DNA of 62,801 nt, the filler included, from Folioceros fuciformis (lineage: Eukaryota), in NCBI GenBank assembly GCA_049999805.1. It is 3 parts of 3 records of this genome, joined end to end, with 100 filler letters (N's around TTAATTAATTAA, not from the genome) between each part and the next. Parts side by side here need not be neighbours in the genome. Positions count along the whole stretch, not along the records: positions 1 to 29,604 come from JBNGIO010006289.1; positions 29,705 to 55,623 come from JBNGIO010006298.1; 1 more part is not named here. One strand, given 5' to 3'. The position numbers were made by a program, and so were the translations under genes. Position 1 is the first letter of the stretch. Each line of letters starts with the position of its first letter. Shown one piece after another: positions 26,438-38,395 of this stretch. Under the pieces are notes generated by a model that was not told where the DNA came from, made no database searches, and saw only the letters and a list, made by a program, of their open reading frames with translations.

Positions 26438-29400
26438 ATGGCGGGTACGAAGAACGGAATAGCTGAAAGGAAGCTGCGGCCTGTCTGGGATGCAATAGAT
26501 TCCAGGCAGTACAAGTCTGCTTTGAAGTTCGTCACTGCTCTGTTGGCCAAGCACCCTGGCTCTGCTTACCTCCTGGCTTTGAAGGCATTGGTCTTGGAGA
26601 GGATTGGTAAAGTTGATGAAGCTCTGGTTGTTTGTCAGCAGTCCAAAGACAGTGCCCCTGTCGATGAACTCACGCTGAGCACGCTGCAGATGGTTTACCA
26701 AAGGCTGGATAGACTGGACCAGATAACACTCTGTTATGAGTATGCTGTCGCGAAGAGTCCTCGGAATTTTGACTTTCTGACTTGCTTGTTCAACTGCTAT
26801 GTCCGCGAGAACATCTATATTAAACAGCAGCACGTGGCAATCAAGCTGTACAAGTTAACGGGGGAGGAGAAGTACCTTCTGTGGGCTGTTTGCAGCATCC
26901 AGTTGCAGGTTCACTGTGGGAATGGTAATAGTGAGCAGCTGCTCCCCCTGGCAGAGGCTTTGATTAAGAAGCGCCTAGAGTCACAAGAACTGAGGAATGT
27001 GGAGTCCTTACTCGTGTATCTCACAGTTCTTAGGGAGCAAAGGAAGTTTGATGCTGCACTAGAGGCACTTTCTGGCAAACTAGGGAACCTGTTCAGTATC
27101 CCTGCCGAGAAGCTTCGATTGCAGGGAAACTTGCTGATGGAGTCCGCTCAGTATGACCGAGCGGAGGACGTATTCAAGAAAGTATTAAAGCTGAGCTCAG
27201 ATGATTGGGATGATTTTCTTTGCTTACTCGCTGCCACGTTGGAGGAACCCAGGGCCACTTTTCAATCGAGGGCTTCAGTGTGCAATTGTGAAACTGAGAC
27301 TGCTTTGAAGCCTGAAGAGGTTGAGCGCAGACTGAACGCAGTAGATTCGTTTGTTGAGGAGCTTTTAGCCATGAAAGTGGACTATCTAAGACGTGGACCG
27401 TACCTAGCAAAATTGGAGATTGCTAAAAGGCGGTTGCTGTTTAAAAGGTTTTTTAGTGATGAAGAGGGGATTGTATCTGGAGAACGGGATCTTATTTCTA
27501 ATTTTGTACAGTACTTCGAGAGGTTTGGGCATATGGTGAGCTTTGCCTCTGATGTCCGAGGGTTCATCCCATATGTAGGTGAAGGTGAGAAAGAAAGGCT
27601 TGCCAGCAATTTGCAAAGGATGAGTGCCAATATGGTAGGTACTGATGCTGTGAAATTGCTAAGGTGGAGGGTTGGTGCTTATCAGGTCGAAGAGCTCCTT
27701 GCTGTGAAGGCAAAACGCCCTAATGTGGACCTTGTCGGCCACGCTGTGCGTATCACCCAGCTGTATGTGGATAACTTGCACCTTTCGGCGGACTTAGATC
27801 CTAAAGAAAGCATGTATGGAGAGGAGCTGCTAGTACTGGCTGTGAACTTGTTAGTTGAGTTGTTCCGCCGAACGCAAGAGGTTGCATACATCATTGAAGC
27901 CATCCTTGTGCTGGAATATGGTTTGTCAACGAGGAAGTATAGCTCTCAGTATAAGATTATGATTACGAATCTGTATTTTCTTCTCTCTGCTGGGTCGTCG
28001 GCAGTGCAATGGTACAAGACGCTGGACATCAAGTATATTTTGCTAGACACACTTTCACACCACATTCTTTACTATCTTTTGGGTTCTCCATTGTGGTCAG
28101 ACTTGGAGGTGTTGCTGAAGGATTCCATTAAATTCCATAAAGACCATGAAGCAGATGCCGGAGATCTTACTATTCAGGCCTACAGGCATGGCACTTATTC
28201 AAAAGTGCTAGAATTTGTACAGTTTAAGGAAAAATTGCAACAGTCCCACCACCATGTCGTGGTGAGAATTGAGGACTCAATTCTCACCTTGAAGAAGGAA
28301 AGCACAGTAGCTGGAGTGGTTGACAGGCTGGCGCAGTTGGACTCAGGATGCAAGACCTACAAACTGTCGTCTGCGACACAGCTTTCAGCTTTGACATTTC
28401 TTGAAGACCTTCAAATGCGGCCATGGTGGAGTCCTGCACCAGATGAATGCTACCTAGCAGATCCCTCTCTGCTGGAACAACACATTAGTTGGCATTATGA
28501 AGACAGTGAGGCTAAGAGGATGAGAAGAGAGGAGCGCTGGAAATTATATCTAAGGAAAAGGGGCATTCTGCCACGTTTACTTCACTTGTCTTTGAATGCG
28601 GTTTCTCCAAAGCAAGAACTTGAGTCACCTGAAAGCGACCGAGTTCCTGAGGACTTAGGGCTTTTGCTTGAAGAATACTCTGGTATCCTTGGAGTAGGAT
28701 GGGAGAACATTGATGATTGGCTAACCGACAGGGTGAAGGCTAAAATTCTCGTCGAAGGGTCTGGAATAGGGGCAGTTGACGTCCTCAGTTTTGGAGTATT
28801 TTCAATTGCCCAGAAACTTAGCAACCAAGTCGTCCAGGCTAACAGACCTGACGATGGCCTGGAAAAGAGTTTTGACACCTTGATGAGGGCAATCGGGTGT
28901 ACTTTGCAGGTGGTGTTAGAGTCCATGACTGCAAGGCCCAACTCAGTTTCCCAAGGAGATCCTGCTGAGGTTCTAGCTCCTGGTCCAGCTGTTGCCGTGC
29001 TCATGAGCTTGACATCAGAGGTGTTATCTTGGCTTGGTCTGTGCTTGCAATCATGGAGAAAGCACATGCAACCAACTGTGAGGAGAAAGAAAAAAGGTGG
29101 GATTGCCAGCATCCATTCAAGTGAGGATATCGCAGACAGGAGACTTAGCTCCATTGCGCAGGTGCTCCAGAAGGCACAGACGTCACTTGCTGACGAGCTG
29201 AAGACACTTAGCCAGTGGTTGACCAAGTTTTTAGAGAGGAATGAGGAGGAGGAAGTGGAACACCTGCTATCACTGCTCAGACAGAACGACACAAAGGGGG
29301 CGGAGAATCAACCATTGCCAGGTTGTGTGTTCCGAGTCCTGCAGTCCAGTATTGTGAATGGGGTGACATCGCCGAAGTGGCGTCCGCAATCGGTTGTGAG

Positions 29401-29491
29401 AAAGATCGTCACTGCCCAGCGAGAGGTCATTGACGGGATAAGGGACCTGGCTGAAAAACAACTTAGTACGTTGGACTTTGTGAAGGCTTAA
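26438..29491 (+). CDS. NAA25: NatB N-terminal acetyltransferase auxiliary subunit NAA25/MDM20 (TCU2-like), single exon
   Basis: ERKLRPVWDAIDSRQYKSALK, TPR-like repeats, RGPYLAKLEI, WYKTLDIKYILLDTLSHH and YSKVLEFVQFKEKLQQS. Confidence 0.93.
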   Translation: MAGTKNGIAERKLRPVWDAIDSRQYKSALKFVTALLAKHPGSAYLLALKALVLERIGKVDEALVVCQQSKDSAPVDELTLSTLQMVYQRLDRLDQITLCYEYAVAKSPRNFDFLTCLFNCYVRENIYIKQQHVAIKLYKLTGEEKYLLWAVCSIQLQVHCGNGNSEQLLPLAEALIKKRLESQELRNVESLLVYLTVLREQRKFDAALEALSGKLGNLFSIPAEKLRLQGNLLMESAQYDRAEDVFKKVLKLSSDDWDDFLCLLAATLEEPRATFQSRASVCNCETETALKPEEVERRLNAVDSFVEELLAMKVDYLRRGPYLAKLEIAKRRLLFKRFFSDEEGIVSGERDLISNFVQYFERFGHMVSFASDVRGFIPYVGEGEKERLASNLQRMSANMVGTDAVKLLRWRVGAYQVEELLAVKAKRPNVDLVGHAVRITQLYVDNLHLSADLDPKESMYGEELLVLAVNLLVELFRRTQEVAYIIEAILVLEYGLSTRKYSSQYKIMITNLYFLLSAGSSAVQWYKTLDIKYILLDTLSHHILYYLLGSPLWSDLEVLLKDSIKFHKDHEADAGDLTIQAYRHGTYSKVLEFVQFKEKLQQSHHHVVVRIEDSILTLKKESTVAGVVDRLAQLDSGCKTYKLSSATQLSALTFLEDLQMRPWWSPAPDECYLADPSLLEQHISWHYEDSEAKRMRREERWKLYLRKRGILPRLLHLSLNAVSPKQELESPESDRVPEDLGLLLEEYSGILGVGWENIDDWLTDRVKAKILVEGSGIGAVDVLSFGVFSIAQKLSNQVVQANRPDDGLEKSFDTLMRAIGCTLQVVLESMTARPNSVSQGDPAEVLAPGPAVAVLMSLTSEVLSWLGLCLQSWRKHMQPTVRRKKKGGIASIHSSEDIADRRLSSIAQVLQKAQTSLADELKTLSQWLTKFLERNEEEEVEHLLSLLRQNDTKGAENQPLPGCVFRVLQSSIVNGVTSPKWRPQSVVRKIVTAQREVIDGIRDLAEKQLSTLDFVKA

Positions 29492-29703
29492 CTGTGAATT
29501 GTTTGGGTAGCTTCGTGCATGATGGATGACCTTTCGCGCATACTGCGGTCGTTTCACCAAAAAGATGTGACGCGTTCGAATTGTAGGTATATAATGAACA
29601 GATGNNNNNNNNNNNNNNNNNNNNNNNNNNNNNNNNNNNNNNNNNNNNTTAATTAATTAANNNNNNNNNNNNNNNNNNNNNNNNNNNNNNNNNNNNNNNN
29701 NNN

Positions 29704-30994
29704 NTGATCTCTTCCACACGAGAGGGTGTGTGGCGTTCAGAGACAGCGACGGGTCGGGCAACTGCACAGACACGGTGTTCCTAGTTCCCCACCTATTTTT
29801 GATAGAGTAACTTAATCTGGTGTTACCAGGATGCCTCCCTTGAGCTTGCAGAAGGCCGCCAAAGGCTGGCACAAAAGCACTTCCTGTCACACCTTCACCT
29901 GCAACATAAGTCATTTGCCCGTTGGGAAACTGGAGATCCAGAAAGGAACACGTCAGTGGGTTCAGGCATATCATTGACATGAGAAGCCATCGCCGATGCT
30001 TGGACCATATCGCAGGGCAAAGGGAGTGCTGGCTGTTCTTCCTGTCGAACCCATACCACAGTAAATGCTGCTTGGACAAGTGCACAGGGATGAGGAGGGT
30101 GGTATCCCGCACAAACAGAATGGGCCCAACTTGCAACAAGAAGAGGGGGGAGGAGGTTGCATTCCCGGATGAACCTCCATGAGATGCCTCTGCCCTCCAC
30201 AAATCTCCTCTCGCAACTATCGAACTCTCAATGTCCTGGGTTCTGCTGTCGTAAGTCGTCGTCAGCGTCACACTACCCTGTTTATGCAGCTGGCCATGAG
30301 ACTTGGTTATGATGGCCAGCAGCTCGTCTTGAGACATATCCTGAATTCCCCCTTGGTGCTGTCCAAGCTGGCTGGGATCCATGACCCTGTATTCTATACC
30401 GACGCTCTGGACCTTGGCTGATGTATCTTGCCATTGCCCTACTACGAGCTCGCTGGTCCGGTCGTCGGCAGAGTAAGTCAAATCCCTTGCATCCAAAAAG
30501 CTCTTCATAGTCGTTGCCTCAGAGGCCATCCCGGAGTGGAAGGGGTTGGGAAGGTGACGGACAACCTGACCTACCAAGTCCCCAATACACGCCCCTATTT
30601 CCGCCCCAGCTTGCCCAAGCCGACTGCCAAGCTCATTCAGTGCCGAGCCTTGACCAGCAGGCTCCTTCTTCTCTGCTCCCTGGAACTTCAGATCCTTGTC
30701 CAACCCCACCGAGTCACAACGCCCAACACGCCCATCCGACGGAGAAGAGTAAGGCCAGTTCCAACCCCTCCGCCCTACGTTGTACTGCAGCTCATACTCA
30801 GGTCCACCATTCACACAAGACTTGCTCGCGTCCGAAGCCACTGCAGAGCCTCCGTCCGACCTGATAAACGGGATGCCCACCAGTACATGGCTCTGCAGCA
30901 CATGACCCAGACCTTGCGCAAGCGACCCAAACTGATCCGCTATGCCCTGCCCCTGCCTCTGTACCCCTTCCCACCCATTCATCTGCCTTTCCAT
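29704..30994 (-). CDS. Conserved plant protein of unknown function (At1g53450/At3g14830-like); 3' end runs into a gap
   Basis: WEGVQRQGQGIADQ, ARGDLWRAEASHG, LQVGPILFVRDTTLLIPVHLSKQHLLWYGFDRK and QFPNGQMTYVAGEG. Family name is from recall. Confidence 0.75.
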
Positions 30995-31682
30995 CTTCAC
31001 CAACGCCTGTGGCTGCGGCTTCTGCTACCTACCGATATCCCCGCATCTCAGCATCCCAAACCAGTGCGCCGAGACAATCCTACAACCACATCCACACTTG
31101 CAGGGTCACGCAGATGACGGTAAAACGCTGCAGCTTCTCTGCGCCAAGCATCAGAGACCAAAGCCCATAATTCCACCAGGATCTGACCTTGTCCGCGCAT
31201 TCATGCAAGCACCCCTTCCAATTTCGGCCTTTGACAGCACTACGGATCCCCTGCACAGCCCCTCGCACTCAGCACTCCTCCTAAAGAGACCCACAACCTC
31301 AGGGGAAGGCGCCAACACCAGGAGAGCTTGCAAGCCTTACCCTTTCTTGGGCGTTTGGTCCAGAATTTCCGGGACCCAGCACGAGGATTCTCTGGACGGG
31401 CCATCGATCTCCCCTCCCGCATGTGGAAACAAACCCCTGCCCCCCGGCAGCAGCTCACAAGGGCTTTCTCGCAATCGGAGCGGCTTCAGCATCCTCGCAG
31501 TGCTAGCGCCATGGAAAGACGTCTGTGATGTTGAAACTGTATCGACCTACATATGCTCTATGACATGGCTGCTCCTCAGAAAGTGCCGGTAGTGGCGGGC
31601 TCAAGCTGAATCTTACAGCGCCGTCCCTTTGGCTTTGCCCTTACTCTCGCTTCTGAGCGTTGCGCGTGAATTTTGGTTCCCG

Positions 31683-33329
31683 ATGCCAGCGGCGGATATC
31701 TCCTCCGACTTGGAAGTAGAGGCGTTTCGGCGGCTCTACCCACTCCAATTCTACGAGCGGTATCTGGAGGCCGGGGTGCGCCCGGATGGCCGCCCTCTGG
31801 GCCGTGCCCGCACTACGTCCATTTCCATCGGTATGGAGCGGTGGCGTTGACGTTGTGTCTTTGCACAAGGTTGTGTGAAGGCTTAGTGGAGCTTACAAGG
31901 CTGGAAAGCTGTGATGCAGGTGCTATACCCACGGCAGATGGATCAGCCTTGGTTAAGCTCGGCAACACTGTGAGTTCTTGGTCAAGTGCTTGCTCTCTCC
32001 TCCTGCTCGGAACCGTTGATTCAATGCGAGTGTGTGGTGCTGGGTGTGCAGACCATGATTGCTGCAGTGAAGTTAGAGGTTATGGCTCCCTCTGCTGAGG
32101 CACCTGAAGCTGGGAAGATTGGTATGTATGCTCATCTGATTGTGCAGGATGTGAGCTGTAGTCTTTTCCCGGGTTGTCACAAGCGTGTTTGCCTTTGGAC
32201 CACCGCAGTATTCAGTGGTTATACTTGTCATGGAAGCATGCAGCGGTGGACTTCCAGATGCCTCCAATTTGCTCTCCTCTTGTAAGACCCGGGAGGCCTG
32301 TGGACCAAGCAAGCTGTATTGCAGAGCAGCTTCAGAACATTATTCTCAGGTGGGTTGGTTTCAATATGTTGGTGGCAAGACCTACTGGGTGGGTTAGGAT
32401 ATGTTTCGGAGTTGTGGTCTGTTGATTTGTTCAATTGATTGAATGTGCTTTCATCACTTCTTACAGTGTGGCTAATAATACAGTTCTGAGATGGTGGATC
32501 TGCGGAGCTTGTGTATAGCTAAGGGCAAAGCTGCTTGGATGGCCTATCTGGTATGTCTTCTGATACCTTTGAGGAGGTAAGTAGTTCGTGCGGTCTGGAA
32601 ATCAGATGATGATCCATCGTTGCCCGTGAATGGTTCAGGATGTATGTTGCTTGGATGCCGATGGATCACTTCTGGACGCAGCTCTACTTGCTTCTGCAGC
32701 CTCGTTGATGCACCGTACGTGTTAAGTTTGCAGTGAAAAACGTTGGTTCCATGCTATGCTAACCACGGTTGTTCCACGTTGTTGCTTAAGCTGGAATGTG
32801 TACGTGCAGTCCAATTGCCATCGGTTTTAGTCACGGATGACGGCAAAGTACTTCCACGCACCTCTACCCAAGTTGGTAACGAAGCAGTCACTGATTCAGA
32901 TGAAGAACTAACTGGTGCAAATCCAGAAGACGCAAAACTGCAAAGAACAGTAGCTAAAGGCTTGCAACTAGGAGCCATTCCTGTGGCCTTGACGTGTGCT
33001 CTGCACAAGAAGCATCTCTTAGCTGATCCATCAGCCGAGGAGGAGTCTATTTTGCAGACCACGGTAACCATCTCTCTTGACCTCACCGGTAGGCTGATTG
33101 CCGTGTACAAACCAGGAGGAGCAACGTGTTCCTCTACTGCAACGCTTCAGGCATGTCCAAGTAGTACCCTTGCTTTGTTCCCAAGATACCTCTGTTCTGG
33201 GTCTTGTTTGTTGGTGTGAGTCTATTTATTTATGGGAGTTGTTCTCTGCCTTTGCAGGATTGCATTGCCTTAACAAGGGCAAGGGTGAAGGAGGTGACGA
33301 AGATGTTGGATCAAGCCTTCTCAGGGTAG
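31683..33329 (+). CDS. RRP43: Exosome complex RNase PH subunit RRP43/EXOSC8, 8 exons
   Basis: EAFRRLYP...GVRPDGR, ADGSALVKLGNT, MPPICSPLVRPG, GKAAWMAYLD, LDADGS, LADPSAEEE and DCIALTRARVKE. The last intron is GC-AG. Confidence 0.9.
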
Positions 33330-33484
33330 CCGTTGGTAGGATTCCAAGACCCCAAGAGTCGCAAATTTTGTAGTGGACGGTGAAGAGTCTGCGACTTGTG
33401 ACGATTCGAGAAATTCCCGTTGCAAGGAGCATAAATACAGGCATCAGGGCAATTGATCATGGTGATTCCGTTGTAGTGATCAGC

Positions 33485-34357
33485 ATGGAAGAGCTATTCG
33501 TTCTGCGCGTTCAAGATAAGGAGCTGGTGGCTCGCTTGAGTCGTATTCTCGATGATGACCCTGCCTTGAAGAACGACGAGTCCGTGAAAAAAGACAAGTC
33601 AATCGATCTATCTTTCCGGGAAGATGGGCGAACTGGCAAGTTCATTGTCGGAGGCGAGTCATTCCCTGCGACAGTGTTAGATTTACCAACCGTAGTGGAA
33701 GGGTACGCAACCTACGACGACGAGAATTTGGTGAAAATAGCAGATGTCGGGCAGATCATCATGATAGGAGAGATCGAAGTTCCGATCCCATCAGTGAACA
33801 AGCAAGAGGAGTCGAACGAGCAAGGGCCCCGGAATCACGAGCCGCCAGCAAACGAGCAGAAGGCGGCCGAGAATCCAAGCTCGCCAGCAGACGTACAGGA
33901 GGAGCCCGAGAAATACGAGTGGCCACCAGATCGGACGTACGAGGCCAAAGACGGTCTCACGCGTGCCATGCGGTCCGCTAGAAGCCTGCGTTTCCGCGAA
34001 TCATCGGATAGTATGCTGCTCGAGGCCGAAATCGGTCCATCGACGGTGTCGGAAGTGGAGGACTATCTGACAGTGAACCAGTTCACGGCCGAGAGGCTTG
34101 AGAATGGGGAGTACGAAGTTGTGGAAGAGGAAATCGAAGTCACCGACGACGAAGGAGAGCCGGAGAACCCGTCAGCTGAAGATGCGGGCCAGGAGGACGA
34201 GACAAGCTCCGAGGGGAGCGGCAGATCGGAGGGGAGCGGCAGCTCGGGGCCTGCAAATAAAGGGGAGGAGGTGAAGGGCAGCTCACGGCCAGAGGAGATC
34301 AGCGGATCGTCGAGCAGCAGCTCCAGCGATGACTCGGAAGAGGGGGACTCGGACTGA
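33485..34357 (+). CDS. TAF7: TFIID subunit TAF7 (TAFII55_N domain plus acidic tail), single exon
   Basis: MEELFVLRV...FREDGRTGKF...PATVLDLPTVVEGY.TYD...LVKIADVGQII and DGLTRAM. Confidence 0.85.
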   Translation: MEELFVLRVQDKELVARLSRILDDDPALKNDESVKKDKSIDLSFREDGRTGKFIVGGESFPATVLDLPTVVEGYATYDDENLVKIADVGQIIMIGEIEVPIPSVNKQEESNEQGPRNHEPPANEQKAAENPSSPADVQEEPEKYEWPPDRTYEAKDGLTRAMRSARSLRFRESSDSMLLEAEIGPSTVSEVEDYLTVNQFTAERLENGEYEVVEEEIEVTDDEGEPENPSAEDAGQEDETSSEGSGRSEGSGSSGPANKGEEVKGSSRPEEISGSSSSSSSDDSEEGDSD

Positions 34358-35366
34358 GTCAGATGCAGACCGTGGCCAGCCCAGTGCTTCATCGACCTCA
34401 GGTCCAGCGTGCAGAGCGAATTTTGCTGGCTCTCTCCCGGGATACCATTCTTGGGCCACAAATGCGACCTCCTGGAGACGATTTGCGAGCTGCAATCCCC
34501 TTTCCAGAACACAGGAGCTGGACCAGGGGGTGAAGATAATGCGCCAGCTCACGGTTCGACGAGGTGAGTATCACAGCAGATGCACTGGTGCATCTCTGTG
34601 CTTCCGTTAGGGCAATGTCTCTTGTCAGGACCTGCGATCAGTGAAGCGATGCTGTCTTACTGACGGGCTATTGGTTTTGCGTTGCTGGGAGGACAGGGAA
34701 CCAAGGAGATCTCGCAGTGCGAAGGCAGGAGGGCAGGAGGTTTTTGTTTCTCGTTGCACCGCATTCCCGCCCTCCAGTAGCAACGTGCAACAAACCAATT
34801 GGCGGGATGTTTGCAGTTTTGAACGACTTCCCAAGGAGCAATGGGATGTGGCGCTGAACTGAACTGATCTGATCTGATTCTGGACTTGGTACCCAATGTG
34901 ATCGCACTCCATATGAATTTCAGTCACACCGCGTTTTGTAAGATCCGTCTCGCATGGCTCCCAACCCCCCCATGACGGAGGAGTGGCTATACCACGCCAA
35001 GAGATCAGTCTCCGGCTTCATTCCCCAGTACTGTACTGTGATCGTGGCTCTTATTCCACTCTTAACGCTCATATGCTTTAAATACGTAATTAGTGAGCAC
35101 GGTTAGCTTAAGTGCGTTACCATTACATCCGATTAAAAGGGTGGATGGCCAGGGCAGTGGAAACAGCAACCCAATTAAATTCATGGGTTCAGTGAAAGAT
35201 GCAACAGGGCCAATAGGTCCAGGTACTCTGGTTACCTAATATCCTGAACTCGAGGGGGTAGGATAAAACGCTTAAGTCAGCTGACAGTTTATAAACCTTG
35301 AATGCATACATTAAATTAACAGTAAGTCTTTTTGGTTAAAACTACAAACCGCAGTTTGCAATTGTA

Positions 35367-35439
35367 GGTCGCATGGCCCAATGGATAAGGCGCTGGTCTA
35401 CGAAACCAGAGATTCTGGGTTCGATCCCCAGTGTGATCG
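35367..35439 (+). tRNA. tRNA-Arg(ACG)
   Basis: Acceptor stem GGTCGCA/TGTGATC, D arm, anticodon arm CTGGT-CT ACG AA-ACCAG, T arm GGTTCGATCC, and TATTTT downstream. Confidence 0.96.
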
Positions 35440-35568
35440 TATATTTTCGGGGATCGTGGAGACTTTTACTTCCATAATTGTTTGACACCCAGTTAGGTGT
35501 ATGTCCAGGAAAGGAGGGCAACAACGGATTCAACCACGTCTCGACATCAACATCAAATTCATGGTTCG

Positions 35569-38020
35569 ATGGCAGAGGGATTTGGCGAAGAAGTTTACCG
35601 CTCAGTCAGGCCAGAATTCAAGCGGGGCAGGATGACTGGTGAGAAGGTGAGGCAACCATTGGATTAGGGAGAAACGGAGGTCTCTCTTACTGCAGAAAGT
35701 TTTTTCTTTCTTGTGACATGCATTGAAGCCTTTCTTGGCTCCTTATACTAGGTGAAAGTTGTGGCGCGTATGCGGCCTTTTACGGAAAATGAGAAAATCT
35801 GTCCTCTCAAACAAGTGCGTAACAGTTGCCAGTTCCTGGAAGCCCCTTCTCTTGGTCACTCGATTCCCGTTTTTGTGAACTGAGCGTTTTGGAACGGCCA
35901 TCAGGTGATCTGTTACGGAAACAAGATTCGGGTGAAGGAACACGACCATCAGCCGTCTAAGTACTCTGGGAGGAGTACCGATGGCCTGGAGTTCAATTTC
36001 GACTATGTGCAGGATGATAGCTTTGTTCCTGTTCACGACAGGCACCGGAAAGAGGAGTCCCAGAAACGGATGTATAAGGCTCTCGGTGCTCCCTGTGTGG
36101 AGTTCGCTTTGAAGGGTATCAACACGACAGTAAGCTGCTATGTGTTCAGGGATCTGCGCTCTATGGCAACCAAGAAGCCGGAACCCCTACTGTCACCCTT
36201 GACCACACATTTCTCCTATTTGTGGCCTGCTCTTTGCTTGGTTGCAGATACTAGCCTACGGCCAAACCGGATCAGGAAAGACCTATACCATGGCAGGAGA
36301 CGGGACGTCAGCGGGGAGAGGGATCGTGAGTGCAGAATAACTGTTGTCTCTCCTCTTTCCTTTTTGGGTGTTTTTTGATGTCGTTGTTGCCAGGACTCGA
36401 ATTGAAACTGCTTGCACGTTACAGATGCCGATGTTAACCTGTGAGCTGATACACAGACTTCAGACACAGTTGCAGACGGAATTCTGCCTCTTACAGGTAT
36501 TATTACTTTTGATACAACTCCTCCGCAGAGACAACCTCCGAATAACCGCTCGTTTCCATCATTGCTATTGTGGTTGCTGCTCGCATGCCAGGTTAGCTAC
36601 CTGGAGATTTACCAGGAAAAGGTGCGGGACCTGCTGGCACAACCTGCAGCTTCAGGGACTGATAGTTTGCGGGACAATACGCATCCACATGAGGACCCTC
36701 TGGAGAGTGATGCAGATAGTGAGCTTGACGCCACCACCAGGGAGACTGGCACCAGTGTGCATGGAGAGGGCCTTAAGATAGGGTCTTCAGCAACATCCCT
36801 ATCTACTAGCACCACAATCATGCCAACAACAAGGCAGGGATTCCTGAGAGTTAGGGAGCATCCAGTAACAGGGCCGTATGTGGAGGGCTTGCTCTGGAAG
36901 GAGGTCCGGACTTGGAACGAGATGGAGGAGCTGCTTAGGCAAGGAGCCAGAAATCGTACGATCGACAAAGACACGCATTCCCTTCGCAGTCATTCTTTGT
37001 TCACCATCAAGTTGACACGGGCATGCATCATTGTCTCTCGCCATTGATTGAGAGAGTTGAGAGCCAGGAGAGATGTCATAGGCAGGCAGACAGGAGCGAA
37101 GTATGAAATGTTAAAACGAATCAAAAGCTCGTCTTTCGGTATGCTGAGCCAGGTTTACTTTTGCAGGGGAACCTCTCATCTACAGCTGAGCACACTGTCA
37201 GCCACATCAACCTGGTAGATCTGGCAGGTGCGGGAGATGCGTGCTGTGCGTCCCGAGTTTGCATGCCTCCTCACATGTCGCCTTTCCTGATATGCCAGGG
37301 CGGAAATGCAGGGTGTGATAGGCTGAAACGTGGAGACGAGAAGGGAGCCCCAGACCAAGATTGGAAATACGTGAACAGATCCCTTTCTCAGCTGAATGAA
37401 GTATGCACATTGTTTGCCGCGGGTTTGGCACAGGTCGGATTGGATCTGTTGCACTTCCGCTTGACGTCTTTGTATGCAGGTCATTATGAATGTCTCCAAA
37501 AGCAATTACACTTCTTATAGAGGATGCGCACTCACATGGCTACTCCGGGAGTCTTTGGGCAAGAACAGCAGGACTTACCTATTAGCGACCGTGTCTCCAG
37601 CAGGCCAGGTTCGTCCAACGTCTGACAACGCTGTGCTTTGCTCTCTACCACATCTGAGAGGTAATGTGTCACTCACTGGCGGCAAGACGTGGGACGCAAT
37701 TGCAGGATTTCCAAGAAAGCCTGAACACTCTCCGATATTTCACGAAGGCCAATCGGGTGGACACTGTTTATCCAACGTCTCTGGAATCTGATCCCAGGAA
37801 AAAATTGATTTGCAAGATGAAAGAAGAGATAGACACTCTCCAGCACTTGATTACGTATCTGACGCAGGCAGCGTGTACCACCTCATCCGCAAGAGTACCA
37901 GTTTCAAAAACTAGCCACAGCACGCAGGTTACAAAGGCGGAACCTTCGAAGGCCAGCCACCATTTCTCCAATTTCTGCAACAGTTCTGCCCAGTGTCCGG
38001 CACCAACGGGAGGCAATTAA
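35569..38020 (+). CDS. Kinesin motor protein, kinesin-3-like and divergent, about 10 exons; both ends uncertain
   Basis: VKVVARMRP, FNFDY, AYGQTGSGKTYTM, VSYLEIYQEKVRDLL, LRVREHPVTGPYVEGL, RSHSLFTI, NLVDLAG, LTWLLRESLG.NSRT, ESLNTLRY and a neck DP..KLI..MKEEI. Confidence 0.85.
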
Positions 38021-38395
38021 TCTACACTGATAAAACAGTGCTTTCTCGTCTAAGTCCGCGCTACTCTCCCAATCAAGGATGATATGTCGCAGTGTTAGCC
38101 TTCCAAATTTATGTCTTGCCTCCACAGAAATGAGTTTCTTTTCCGTCTCCACGTCACCTCATTCCATCACAGGACGTACCTCTCCGCACCCCCGCAAGCG
38201 AATACACCTAGAGTACAAGCCTTCCGTCCAGCAGGGGGCCCGGATATGCCCGATTGATACTCTACTAAGACCTGAAGGATAATGATCCTGCTCAGGACCG
38301 CCCTCAGAAACTCCATACCCAGAGTGAAACTCTAGAACACTGCGAACTTCGACGAAACAAGTGGAAGCTGTCCCAAACCTTTTGCACCCTACTCG

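Noticed and set aside
29649-29660. TTAATTAATTAA island inside an N run (also 55668-55679)
   Set aside because: An identical palindromic all-frame-stop linker in two gaps is a scaffolding artefact.
29704-30994. Initial idea that this ORF is TGD4
   Set aside because: It lacks the TGD4 N-terminal WDLDMSTP/LEGTARAVP-type motifs and fits a different uncharacterised plant family better.
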